Shown here: piece after piece, positions 29,047 through 37,885 of the stretch
How positions within the stretch are numbered: the stretch's first letter is position 1
Layout of the letters: every line of letters begins with the position of its first letter
DNA from: an uncultured Verrucomicrobiota bacterium
GTDB lineage: Bacteria; Verrucomicrobiota; Verrucomicrobiia; Limisphaerales; CAIMTB01
DNA: 64,000 bases
Direction of reading: 5' to 3'
NCBI GenBank assembly: GCA_964389135.1
Contig: CAYMDA010000002.1
Coordinates: forward strand, 138,800-202,799
Program-made: the position numbers and the translations under genes
Notes under the pieces: generated by a model
Databases searched by the model: none
What the model was told of the DNA's origin: nothing
Seen by the model: only the letters and a program-made list of their open reading frames with translations

Positions 29047-30987
29047 ATGAGCGACACTTCGTCGTCTGGAGCTCCCTCCTGGAGCATCGAGGCCGCCCGT
29101 TCCCTGTACAACATCGACCGATGGGGAGCCGGCTACTTTGATATCAACGCGGAAGGTCATGTCGTCGCGCGTCCCTTGCAGGAGCGCGGCGCGGCGGTGG
29201 ACATGACCGTGATCATCGAGGAGGCGCGCGGGCGAGGGTTGAAATTCCCGCTCCTGGTGCGGTTCCAGGACATACTCCGCCACCGGGTCCAGGCGATCAA
29301 CGAGGCGTTTCGCACGGCGATCAACGAGTTCGGCTACCAGGGCAGGTACCGAGGCGTTTTTCCCATCAAGGTCAACCAGCTGCGGGAGGTCGTGGAGGAG
29401 ATCCTCGATGCGGGAAGGCCGTATTCCTTCGGTCTCGAGGTGGGCAGCAAGCCGGAGATGTTCGCCGCGCTCGCGCTCCAGGCGCAGGCGGGCAGCCTGA
29501 TCGTGTGCAACGGGTACAAGGACACCGCCTACATCCGCATGGCGCTCCTCGGCATCAAGCTGGGCAAGAAGGTGATCCTCGTCATCGAGAAGCTGGAGGA
29601 ACTGCGCCAGATCATCGCGATCTCCAGGCAGATGGGAGTCGAACCGCAGATCGGCGTGCGGGTGCGGCTGCTCGCGAAAGGCGCCGGAAAATGGGCCGAA
29701 AGCGGCGGTGAGAACGCCAAGTTCGGTCTCAGCACGGTGGAACTCCTCGCCGCATGCGAGTGCCTGCGGAGCGAGGGGCTCTCCCACTGCTTCCGGCTCG
29801 TGCACTTCCACATCGGGTCGCAGGTGCCGGACATCCTGACGGTCAAAAAGGCGGTGCAGGAGGCGGCGCGGTATTACGCCAAGCTCCACAAGATGGGTTT
29901 CTCGCCCGAGTTCCTCGACGTCGGCGGCGGCCTCGGCGTTGACTACGATGGAAGTCATTCGGCGTCCGACAGTTCCACGAACTATTCGCTCCAGGAATAC
30001 GCGAACGACGTCGTGTACTACATCGCCGACGTTTGCAACGCGGAGAAGGTCCCGCACCCGGACATCGTGAGCGAGAGCGGACGCGCGATCGTGGCGCACC
30101 ACAGCGTGCTGATCGTCGAGGTGTTCGGGTCGATCCACAAGACGGGCCTGGCGGAGACGCTCACCTACGGCGACCAGGAGCACGCCCTCGTGAAGGAGCT
30201 GCTCGACATGCGGAAGAACCTCCACAAGCTCAACAAGCTGGAGGCGTTCCACGATGCCGCGGAACGCCGGGAGGACGCCCACAACATGTTCGTGCTGGGC
30301 CTGATGGATCTGCAGGACAAGGCGAAGATCGAGGCGTTGTACTGGCAGATCAGCCAGGCGGTCGTCGCGAGCTTCAAGGGGCAGGCGTATGTCCCGGAGG
30401 AGATCCGCCGCCTCGAGGACAGCCTGGGCGACCAGTACCTGTGCAATTTCTCCGTGTTCCAGTCGCTGCTGGACCACTGGGCGCTCGGGCAGCTCTTTCC
30501 GATCATGCCGCTGGACCGCCTCGACGAACTGCCGTCGCGGGAGACGACGCTCGTGGACATCACGTGCGACTCGGACGGGCAGATCAACAAGTTCATCGAC
30601 CTGCGCGACGTCCGCGACACGCTGCCCGTGCACGAGCTTCGGCAGAACGGTCATGGCGCGGAGCCGTACTATCTCGGCTTCTTCCTGATGGGCGCCTACC
30701 AGGACATCATGGGCGACCTGCACAACCTCTTCGGGCGGGTCAACGAGCTCCACGTCTTCCTGGAGCCCGATGAGCCTGCGGGCTACTACGTCGAGGAGAT
30801 CATCGAGGGCGGAACCGTGATGCAGGCCCTCACCTCCGTGCAGTATGACGAGCACGAACTCAAGAGGCAGATGAAGGCGCAGATGGACGCGGCGATCAAA
30901 TCGGACCGCCTCAAGCCGAGCGAGGCGATGCGGCTGCTCGACGACTACGAGCGGGGCCTGAAGGAATACACCTACCTGTCCTCTTGA
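29047..30987 (+). CDS. speA: Biosynthetic arginine decarboxylase
   Basis: 646 aa. The N-terminus is SIEAARSLYNIDRWGAGYFDINAEGHVV. The PLP-lysine motif is FPIKVNQ. The length and C-terminal region are typical of SpeA. Confidence 0.95.
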   Translation: MSDTSSSGAPSWSIEAARSLYNIDRWGAGYFDINAEGHVVARPLQERGAAVDMTVIIEEARGRGLKFPLLVRFQDILRHRVQAINEAFRTAINEFGYQGRYRGVFPIKVNQLREVVEEILDAGRPYSFGLEVGSKPEMFAALALQAQAGSLIVCNGYKDTAYIRMALLGIKLGKKVILVIEKLEELRQIIAISRQMGVEPQIGVRVRLLAKGAGKWAESGGENAKFGLSTVELLAACECLRSEGLSHCFRLVHFHIGSQVPDILTVKKAVQEAARYYAKLHKMGFSPEFLDVGGGLGVDYDGSHSASDSSTNYSLQEYANDVVYYIADVCNAEKVPHPDIVSESGRAIVAHHSVLIVEVFGSIHKTGLAETLTYGDQEHALVKELLDMRKNLHKLNKLEAFHDAAERREDAHNMFVLGLMDLQDKAKIEALYWQISQAVVASFKGQAYVPEEIRRLEDSLGDQYLCNFSVFQSLLDHWALGQLFPIMPLDRLDELPSRETTLVDITCDSDGQINKFIDLRDVRDTLPVHELRQNGHGAEPYYLGFFLMGAYQDIMGDLHNLFGRVNELHVFLEPDEPAGYYVEEIIEGGTVMQALTSVQYDEHELKRQMKAQMDAAIKSDRLKPSEAMRLLDDYERGLKEYTYLSS

Positions 30988-31100
30988 CGTCGCGATACAC
31001 CACCGAGGCCTCCCCGGGTGCGACATTGTCCGCGGGCGAGGCCTGCGTTCCTCCGGCGCAGGGCCGGGGCGGCGCAGAGACGGGGGCGCTCATCTCCGCG

Positions 31101-31739
31101 ATGCGCGGGCTCACCGCGGTGTTCTGGGGCCTGCCGCTGGCGCTGCTCGCGTTCGCGAGGCATTTCGTGGTGCTCTGGCCGACGGTTTACGATCTCCTGC
31201 TGCCGATCGTGGCGTCGGGCCTGCTGCTGTTCGGCGTGAGTTCCATGGGCCGGATGCATCCGCGGGAGCGGATCTGGCAGCGGTCGGTGTTCACGGCTCA
31301 GCTGCTGGCGCTGGTGCTGACGGGGCTGTCGCCCTTCCTCTTCCTCTGGAGCAGGGCTCCATCGGTGCCGTTCTACGCGCGGGCGGTGCTGATGATCGTG
31401 GGGGTGGCGTTCGCGCTGATGATCGCGCTCACGCGCATGCTCGCGCGGCTGTCCGCCCTGCTTCCGGACGACACGGCGCGCGCGGACGCGCGCCTGTTCC
31501 ATCTCGTGTCGAGCTACGTGGTGCTGCTCCTGGCCGGGATCGGGGTGTGGGTGTACCTCCGGGTGGCGCCGATCTCGCTGAACAATCTGCTCGCACTGCC
31601 GCGCCAGCCGTTCGGCTTCGCGCGGCAGGCGTTTCTGCTGCTGCTGGCGCTGGTGCCGGTGGCCATGGCGATGTCGGTCTCCTGGAAGCTGAAGGAGGTG
31701 GCGATGGCCGTGGTTGTCGGATCGCGCCGATCAGGGTAG
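31101..31739 (+). CDS. Polytopic membrane protein, unknown function
   Basis: 212 aa from ATG 31101; the track start TTG 30984 overlaps the speA stop. It has about six hydrophobic spans and strong G/C preference at codon position 3. I recognise no family. Confidence 0.6.
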   Translation: MRGLTAVFWGLPLALLAFARHFVVLWPTVYDLLLPIVASGLLLFGVSSMGRMHPRERIWQRSVFTAQLLALVLTGLSPFLFLWSRAPSVPFYARAVLMIVGVAFALMIALTRMLARLSALLPDDTARADARLFHLVSSYVVLLLAGIGVWVYLRVAPISLNNLLALPRQPFGFARQAFLLLLALVPVAMAMSVSWKLKEVAMAVVVGSRRSG

Positions 31740-31793
31740 GTTACGCCCCAGCATGCGGTGCGGGGGTCTCCAACCGGACTCCCGAACCAGGCC

Positions 31794-31952
31794 CTAGTGG
31801 GTCTGGCAGCCGTACCGGATGAACAACGCGAGGAACCCGATGATGGCGAGGATAAGCAGCCAGACGCCGTACCCGTGCGCCGCGAGCGCCAGCGCAAGCC
31901 CAAGGACGAATGCGATCGCCAGAATCACGAGCGATGCCCAGACAAAGTTCAT
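31794..31952 (-). CDS. 52-aa two-helix membrane protein (resembles the lmo0937-type small membrane protein family)
   Basis: My own translation gives MNFVWASLVILAIAFVLGLALALAAHGYGVWLLILAIIGFLALFIRYGCQTH, with ATG 31950-31952 and TAG 31794-31796. It is below the 60-aa cutoff of the ORF track. Confidence 0.5.
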   Translation of the reverse strand: MNFVWASLVILAIAFVLGLALALAAHGYGVWLLILAIIGFLALFIRYGCQTH

Positions 31953-32039
31953 GCCCGTCATCGTACCCGTTAGCGCGTCCGGCTCAAGCGGTGAATAGGA
32001 GGTTGGGGGCGTAGAGCGGACCTGCTGCTCTCGAAGGGC

Positions 32040-33720
32040 AGGACGAGCGAATCGTCGAAATAGTCAGTTCACCAATCGTAATTGAGTATGGAAGTATTGC
32101 TGATTGTACTTGCTATCGTGTCGCAACTCGCTGGTTCCGAGTTCTTGGCGATCGGTGTTACTCCAAATGAGCCCGATGGGCTGTCCGATCGCGCCTCTGT
32201 GCATATTGACGGGGTCACGAGGCTAGGAGATGGCCGAATGGAGCGATAGTTCGGCGGCTCCTCTGTGCCTACCGAATGCGCCAAATACATAGGCGCCCGT
32301 CCTCGGTGAGTGCGCTGAGCGCGCTTCCGTCTGGCGCCAGTTTGAGAGTGGCTACACCTTCGTCGCCGGTAGGAGGGTTTCGCTGCTCTATATCTAGCGT
32401 AGCGATCTCCTCAAAGCCGGGGATCCGCCAAATAATAACTCGGCCGTCAGCTCCACCAGAGATCAACCGATTGTTTTCTAGGCTGAACAGCAGACTTTGA
32501 ACGAATCTTCGATGATTCGTAAGGGGTGGAAGCCACTTCGATCTGGCGCGATCCCATATTGCGATAGTAGCATCGTTGTAGATGGCAGCAGCAAGCCATC
32601 GCCCATCGGAGGACAACGCAAGCGCTTGCACCTCGCCATCCGCCCTTGCTACGTCTTCTAAGATCTCGCCGGATTCTACGTGTCGCCTCCGTATTAAGCC
32701 TGCAGTATTTCCAGTCCAGAACTCACGTGAATCCGCGGTGAACGCGATTCCGTAAGTTGATTCTCCACTTTGATCAGTTACATTCGTTACTCGTCCTGAC
32801 TCCAAGTCAATGATGTGTAGTTGACCGGCATTTCCGCTGACGATGACCTTTGTTTGAGTTGGGGAAACGCCCCATGCGTCCATCGAGAATTCCCCTGGGA
32901 GGCCGGAAAAGACAATGTCTTGAGTCCCGTTCTTGAGGTCGACTCTCTTGATCGTCCAGTCGCTCGTGAACGCCCATAGAACATCGCCGGACTTGGAGAA
33001 AGCGATAGGCTGGAAGACTCCTTCTATTCTTTCGTGAAACTCCAAATCATTTGCGGAAACTAGCGCGATTCTTCCTGAGGCATCGGTGACAGCGACAGTT
33101 CGGGCAGACGGATCGAAGACCATATCGCCATGAACGTCACCGAACACCCCTTCGAGCGCTGAGCGCTGCTGGGGCGGTGGTATCCTGAATGCCCGAATAT
33201 TTCCTGAATCATCGGCTCCGAAGACGATCTTGCTGTCTGGACTCCATGCTACAGCCGCGGCGGGTCTCCCCAGACCGCGATGAAAAGCTTCAAGCTTGCC
33301 GGTTTCTACGTCCCAAACGCCAATTGCCTGATCAGCGCCAGCTGTTGCAAGCTTACCGCCTCGCAATGAGAATGCAGCATCTTGGACTCGAGCTGTGTGC
33401 CCGGTGAGGAGTCGCGGTTCGGAGGATTCAGAGCTAAATAGGATTGGAGTTAGGCCTCCAACATTGACGGCAAAATGACGTCCGTCGGGTGAGCATCGGA
33501 GCCAGACAATTCGTCCGCTGACCGAACTCGACCATGATTTGGTAGTCGCTAGGAGGTCTACATAGGCAACCATTCGCTCCCGAAGTGCTCCCTCCTCTTT
33601 GAACAGGCCGATTGCGATTCCTGATCCGTCAGGAAATGCATCCATCGCCGAGACGCGGAAATCTGGCCAGCTTGCCGAGACGTTGAATTGCGCTGTCGGT
33701 GGCGCGGCATTTGCAGCATC
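32040..33720. other. Low-GC compositional island (42-57 % vs 63-68 % flanks) covering the 3' half of the kinase gene and its 3' flank
   Basis: Hand counts per 60-nt line: 32041 = 43 %, 32521 = 52 %, 32761 = 42 %, 33001 = 43 %, 33421 = 47 %, 33541 = 55 %, 33601 = 57 %. For comparison, 31981 = 63 %, 33781 = 67 % and 34021 = 67 %. Confidence 0.8.
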
Positions 33721-35211
33721 GATCACGCTCAAGATCCAATCTCCCGGCGGTGGAGAGACGACGAGGTAGTGGCTGTTGGAGAGGAGCGAGATGAGTCTCT
33801 GACCGGTGTTGATGCGGCCGAGGGGGCCGTTGGTGGGGGATTCGAAGCGGAGGGCGCGGATGGGTTCGTCGACGACGATTCGCCCGTCCTCGGTGAAGCC
33901 TCCGAGGACCTTGGCGTTGTCGAACACGCGGACGATGCGGCCGGTCTGGATGTCCCAGATCCCGACGCGGTCGTCATTGAACGACGCGGCGAGCCAGCGG
34001 CCGCCCGGATCGACGGCGAGCTTGCGGATTCCCACCCCGTTCGTGAGGGCCTCGAACGGTGTTCCCTCGCCCTGGACCTCGCGGTTCAGGATCGACCACT
34101 CGAGCCCGCGTAGATCGCGTTCACCCGGGGCGGGGATCTGCCGTTCGAGGGCGGCGCGGGCGCGGCCGAGGTCGCCGCTCGCCTTGGCGAGCTGGGCGAC
34201 GGCGAGATCGGAACGGTAGAGCGCGAGGCGGGTGCGCTGGTTGGCCTTGCCGAGCACCTGGGAGCGCCAGATCAACAGGCCGACGATCGCGCAGGCGATG
34301 GTGATGCCGAACGCCGCGGCGACCGCGATGCGACGGAACCGGCGGCGCAGGTTCTCGTAGAACGCGACCGATTTGCCCGCCTGGACGAGCTCGAGCTCGC
34401 GGGCGAGAACCGCGGCCGACGCCTGCCGCTCCCTTGGATCGGGATGGCACGCGCGCAGGACGATCGAGTTGATCTCGCGCAGGAGAGCGGAATCCGAGCC
34501 TTCGATCAGCTCCTCGGGAAGGCGCGGGAACTCCATGCGGTCGAGCCCCGTCGAGAGTTCGTAGAGGACCTTGCCGAAGCTGTAGACATCGCCGCTGATC
34601 GATCCCGGCCCCTCGGGGGGGACATACCCGGGGGTGCCGACGCAGGTCATGGTGGCCTCCGTCGCCGCGACGAGCCCGACATCGGCGAGCTTGGGCACCT
34701 GCTGCACGAAGATGATGTTCGACGGCTTGATGTCTCGATGCACCAGCCGCACCTCGTGGAGCACGGCGAGGCCGCGGGCGAGCTCGAGCGCGATCTGGAT
34801 GCATTCGGCCGCGGGCAGGCGGCCGCGCCGGGCGAAGAGCTCCTTGAGGGTCAGGGGGACGTACCGGTCGGGATCGATCGCGGAGCCGGCCTCCGCGTCG
34901 TCGGCGGGCTCCATGACGTAGTAGAAGTAGCCGGCGGCGTCGTTGCGCCCGACGTGGAGCAGCGCAAGCTGGCGGGGCCGTCCCGACACCGCGGCCTGGA
35001 AGCGGCTGATGCCCTCGAGTTCGCGCAGGAAGGGACGCTCGTCCTCGAAGCGGGAGCGGCGCACGATCTTGATGACCCTGAAGACGCCGGTGACGCTGCG
35101 CGCGAGCCAGACCTCCCCGTAGCTGCCGCGGCCGATGGGGCGGAGCAGGGTGTAATCCGGGATGTGGGGTGGTTCGGGCGTCTCCGGCATCACGCTCGGC
35201 GGGTCACGCAT
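32269..35211 (-). CDS. Transmembrane receptor Ser/Thr protein kinase with large WD40/beta-propeller ectodomain
   Basis: Kinase motifs: GRGSYGEVWLA, FRVIKIV, HRDIKPSNI, LADVGLV and GTPGYVPPE. There is a single TM helix, IAVAAAFGITIACAIVGLLIW, at about residue 300. It is followed by ~650 aa of WD40-like blades (GRWLAASFNDDRVGIWD, GKLATAGADQAIGVWD, RLISGGADGRVIIWR). Confidence 0.9.
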   Translation of the reverse strand: MRDPPSVMPETPEPPHIPDYTLLRPIGRGSYGEVWLARSVTGVFRVIKIVRRSRFEDERPFLRELEGISRFQAAVSGRPRQLALLHVGRNDAAGYFYYVMEPADDAEAGSAIDPDRYVPLTLKELFARRGRLPAAECIQIALELARGLAVLHEVRLVHRDIKPSNIIFVQQVPKLADVGLVAATEATMTCVGTPGYVPPEGPGSISGDVYSFGKVLYELSTGLDRMEFPRLPEELIEGSDSALLREINSIVLRACHPDPRERQASAAVLARELELVQAGKSVAFYENLRRRFRRIAVAAAFGITIACAIVGLLIWRSQVLGKANQRTRLALYRSDLAVAQLAKASGDLGRARAALERQIPAPGERDLRGLEWSILNREVQGEGTPFEALTNGVGIRKLAVDPGGRWLAASFNDDRVGIWDIQTGRIVRVFDNAKVLGGFTEDGRIVVDEPIRALRFESPTNGPLGRINTGQRLISLLSNSHYLVVSPPPGDWILSVIDAANAAPPTAQFNVSASWPDFRVSAMDAFPDGSGIAIGLFKEEGALRERMVAYVDLLATTKSWSSSVSGRIVWLRCSPDGRHFAVNVGGLTPILFSSESSEPRLLTGHTARVQDAAFSLRGGKLATAGADQAIGVWDVETGKLEAFHRGLGRPAAAVAWSPDSKIVFGADDSGNIRAFRIPPPQQRSALEGVFGDVHGDMVFDPSARTVAVTDASGRIALVSANDLEFHERIEGVFQPIAFSKSGDVLWAFTSDWTIKRVDLKNGTQDIVFSGLPGEFSMDAWGVSPTQTKVIVSGNAGQLHIIDLESGRVTNVTDQSGESTYGIAFTADSREFWTGNTAGLIRRRHVESGEILEDVARADGEVQALALSSDGRWLAAAIYNDATIAIWDRARSKWLPPLTNHRRFVQSLLFSLENNRLISGGADGRVIIWRIPGFEEIATLDIEQRNPPTGDEGVATLKLAPDGSALSALTEDGRLCIWRIR

Positions 35212-35851
35212 CCACGGCGCCGTGGTCGAGCCGGTTCCGGATCGCGGCGAGTTCCGCGCGGAGCTGGCGGCCGACCCGATGGCGGACCACGTAAACCAGG
35301 GCGGGCGTCATGCGGAAGAACTTGGCGACCTTGGCGGGCGGCCATTCGTCCACGATGAGCATCTGGAAGATCTGGAGGTCGCGCGGGTTCACCTTGTGCT
35401 GGAGGCGCTCGAGCGCGGCGCGGATGAGTTCGCGCCGCGCGTCCGCCTCCAGGGTCGCCTCCACGTCGTCGGGGGCGCTGACGCGGCGGACCGCGGAGTT
35501 GGCGCCCGACTCGGTCACGTCACCCATGGACTCGAGCTCGAGGCGCCCGCGCTCGCGGATCTTGTCATCGGCGCGCCAGCGTGCCAGCTGATACAGCCAC
35601 CGGCGGAACGATCCGGCGCGGGAGGCGGGTTCGAAATCGTGAATGGTTTCCGCGATCCGCTTGAAGACCTCCTGGGCCACTTCCTCGGCCTCGGCGTTGG
35701 AAAGGCCGCGCTTTCGGGCGAGACCGCGGACGACGCGCTCGTACGTGCGGTAGAACTGGTTCCAGCTCTCCGCATCGTCCAGGTCCCGCAGCCGCATGAG
35801 GAGGCTGGCGCGGGTTTCCAGGGAGTCGTCGGCGGACGTTGGGCAGCTCAT
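35204..35851 (-). CDS. ECF-type RNA polymerase sigma-70 family factor
   Basis: 215 aa. Region 2 is WNQFYRTYERVVRGLARKRGLSNAEAEEVAQEVFKRI. The region 4 HTH is PPAKVAKFFRMTPALVYVVRHRV. Its TGA 35204-35206 lies inside the kinase start (ATGCGTGA, an 8-nt overlap). Confidence 0.9.
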   Translation of the reverse strand: MSCPTSADDSLETRASLLMRLRDLDDAESWNQFYRTYERVVRGLARKRGLSNAEAEEVAQEVFKRIAETIHDFEPASRAGSFRRWLYQLARWRADDKIRERGRLELESMGDVTESGANSAVRRVSAPDDVEATLEADARRELIRAALERLQHKVNPRDLQIFQMLIVDEWPPAKVAKFFRMTPALVYVVRHRVGRQLRAELAAIRNRLDHGAVDA

Positions 35852-36006
35852 GACCTTGGCAGAGCGAATGCTCGTCGGGCGATGCCTTCTTTATTTGCCA
35901 CTCCCGGGCGATTGCGACAACCCCGAACTGTGACTGTGACGTGCCTGCATCGCTGCGGGATCACGACGGTCGGGGCGGGGTGCGGAAATGCGGGACGGCG
36001 CGGCGC

Positions 36007-37188
36007 TCAGGCGACCAGGCGGTACCAGTTGTCCCGCTGGCGGGGCTCCCAGCCGAGCTCCGAGATGAGCCGGCGCATGTCCGCGACGGACATGCGGTAG
36101 GTCGTTCCGGCGGCGCTGACGACGTTCTCCTCGAGCATGATGCTGCCGAGGTCGTTCGCGCCGTACGTGAGGGCGATCTGGCCGATCTCCTGTCCCTGCG
36201 TCACCCACGAGCTCTGGATGCTCGGGATGTTGTCCAGGTAGATGCGGGCGAGCGCCTGCATGCGAAGGTATTCATGGGCCCCGGCCGGAGGCGCCTTCAG
36301 GACCGCGTTGTCGGGCTGGAAGGTCCAGCAGATGAAGGCGGTGAAGGCGCCGCCCGAGAGGGTGCCCTGCTCGAGCGCGTGCGCGTAGGCGGCGGCGCGG
36401 CTGATGGGATCGGGCGGGCCGGGGAGCTGGAGCCTTTCGAGGGAGACATCCTGCTGTCGGCGAACGACCTCCAGGTGCGCGAGCCGGTCGTCGAGGGACT
36501 CGACGTGCCCGAACATCATGGTGGCGGTGCTCGCGAGGCCGAGGCGATGGGCGTGGTCCATGACGCTCATCCAGTCGTCGGTCATCGCCTTGAGCGGGGA
36601 AATGCGCCGGCGAACGGCGTCGACGAGGATTTCGCCGCCCCCTCCGGGGATGCTGCCGAGGCCGGCCGCGGCGAAGTCACGGAGGACCTGCTCGACGGGT
36701 TCGTCAAAGAACTCGGAAAACGCGACGAACTCGCTGGGACTGAAGCCATGGACGTTGAAGCCGGGGAAGGTGTCCCGGACATGGCTGAGCAGGTCGAGGT
36801 ACCACTGCTTGGTGAGGCGGGGGTGGTGGCCGCCCTGCAGGAGGATCTGGGTGCCGCCGTGCTCGATCGTCTCGCGGATCTTCTGGTCGAGTTCGTCGAG
36901 GGAGAGGACGTACGAGTCCGGATCCTTCTCCGTCCGCCAGAAGGCGCAGAACTTGCAATAGACGTTGCAGACGTTGGTGTAGTTGACGTTGCGGTCGACG
37001 ATGTAGGTGACGGTGTCGGCTCCGCGGCCGTCGTGGAGGGAGCGGCGGACGAGGGCCCGGCGATGGTCCGCGAGCGCGCCGAGTTCCTCGAGCGGAAGCT
37101 GAAGCAGGGCGCGGGCTTCCGCTGCGTCGATGCGTTTGCCGTCCCAGACGCGCTGGCAGAGGTCGTCGATGGAAGCGTCCTGAACCAC
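36007..37188 (-). CDS. Futalosine-pathway radical SAM enzyme, MqnC/MqnE family (MqnC-like)
   Basis: Radical-SAM CX3CX2C motif (NVCNVYCKFCAF). The C-terminal SSWVTQG...GANDLGSIMLEENVVSAAG is typical of CofH/MqnC/MqnE. The start appears to be GTG 37188. Confidence 0.8.
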   Translation of the reverse strand: MVQDASIDDLCQRVWDGKRIDAAEARALLQLPLEELGALADHRRALVRRSLHDGRGADTVTYIVDRNVNYTNVCNVYCKFCAFWRTEKDPDSYVLSLDELDQKIRETIEHGGTQILLQGGHHPRLTKQWYLDLLSHVRDTFPGFNVHGFSPSEFVAFSEFFDEPVEQVLRDFAAAGLGSIPGGGGEILVDAVRRRISPLKAMTDDWMSVMDHAHRLGLASTATMMFGHVESLDDRLAHLEVVRRQQDVSLERLQLPGPPDPISRAAAYAHALEQGTLSGGAFTAFICWTFQPDNAVLKAPPAGAHEYLRMQALARIYLDNIPSIQSSWVTQGQEIGQIALTYGANDLGSIMLEENVVSAAGTTYRMSVADMRRLISELGWEPRQRDNWYRLVA

Positions 37189-37263
37189 GGGCGGCAGATT
37201 AGCGCGTCGGGGCCGGACCTGCGAGTCCCCGGTGCGTGCGGGACCGGGCGGCGGCCGGATCGG

Positions 37264-37557
37264 TCATTCCTCGTCGAACTTCCGGACGCAGATCAGTTCC
37301 TCGAGCGCGTTGAGGGCGTCGTCCGCGTCCTCGCCCGAGGCGAGCAGGCGCAGCTGACTGCCGGGCCCCGCCGCGAGCATCATCAGGCCCATGATGCTCT
37401 TGCCGTTGATGCGCTCGCCGTCCTTCTCGACGACGATCTCGCTGCGGAAGCGGCTCGCGATGCGGACGAACATGGCGGCGGGACGCGCATGGATCCCGAG
37501 ACGGTTTTGAACCGTCAGGTCACGACTGACTGAATGAGTGGGGTTCCTTCCTCCCAT
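37264..37557 (-). CDS. ptsH: HPr-family phosphocarrier protein
   Basis: GIHARPA is the His-15 site and GKSIMGLMML is the Ser-46-type site. ATG 37557 is preferred over TTG 37569. Confidence 0.9.
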   Translation of the reverse strand: MGGRNPTHSVSRDLTVQNRLGIHARPAAMFVRIASRFRSEIVVEKDGERINGKSIMGLMMLAAGPGSQLRLLASGEDADDALNALEELICVRKFDEE

Positions 37558-37800
37558 CGCCGCGCTCAAGAATGGAAACAGACGGACTCCGTGGCCAGAG
37601 AAATCACGGAGCGGACCGCATGGGACCGGCGCCCGCGGAGGCCCGTTCTCCGTTCGTCATGAGGAGTTTCCGTCTGGCGATCCGACATGGTCGGAGGCGG
37701 GGGATGGGAGTCCGGAAGCGCGCGGACGATGCGGTGCGGAACGCGGGGACGTTCCCGGGTATTCCCTCCGTGGCGGGCCGGGGCCGACCCGTGATCCCCG

Positions 37801-37836
37801 CGAAAACGGCGCCGGCGGGTTCACCCGCGCGGCGCC
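37801..37836 (-). terminator. Candidate intrinsic terminator of glnA
   Basis: On the minus strand, GGCGCCGCGCGGG-TGAA-CCCGCCGGCGCC forms 12 bp with one bulge and is followed by GTTTTCG. It starts 49 nt after the glnA stop (37886-37888). Confidence 0.5.
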
Positions 37837-37885
37837 GTCGAGTCACCTCCGGACCGCGCGGGCCGGGGCGGTGTGCCGGATCAGA

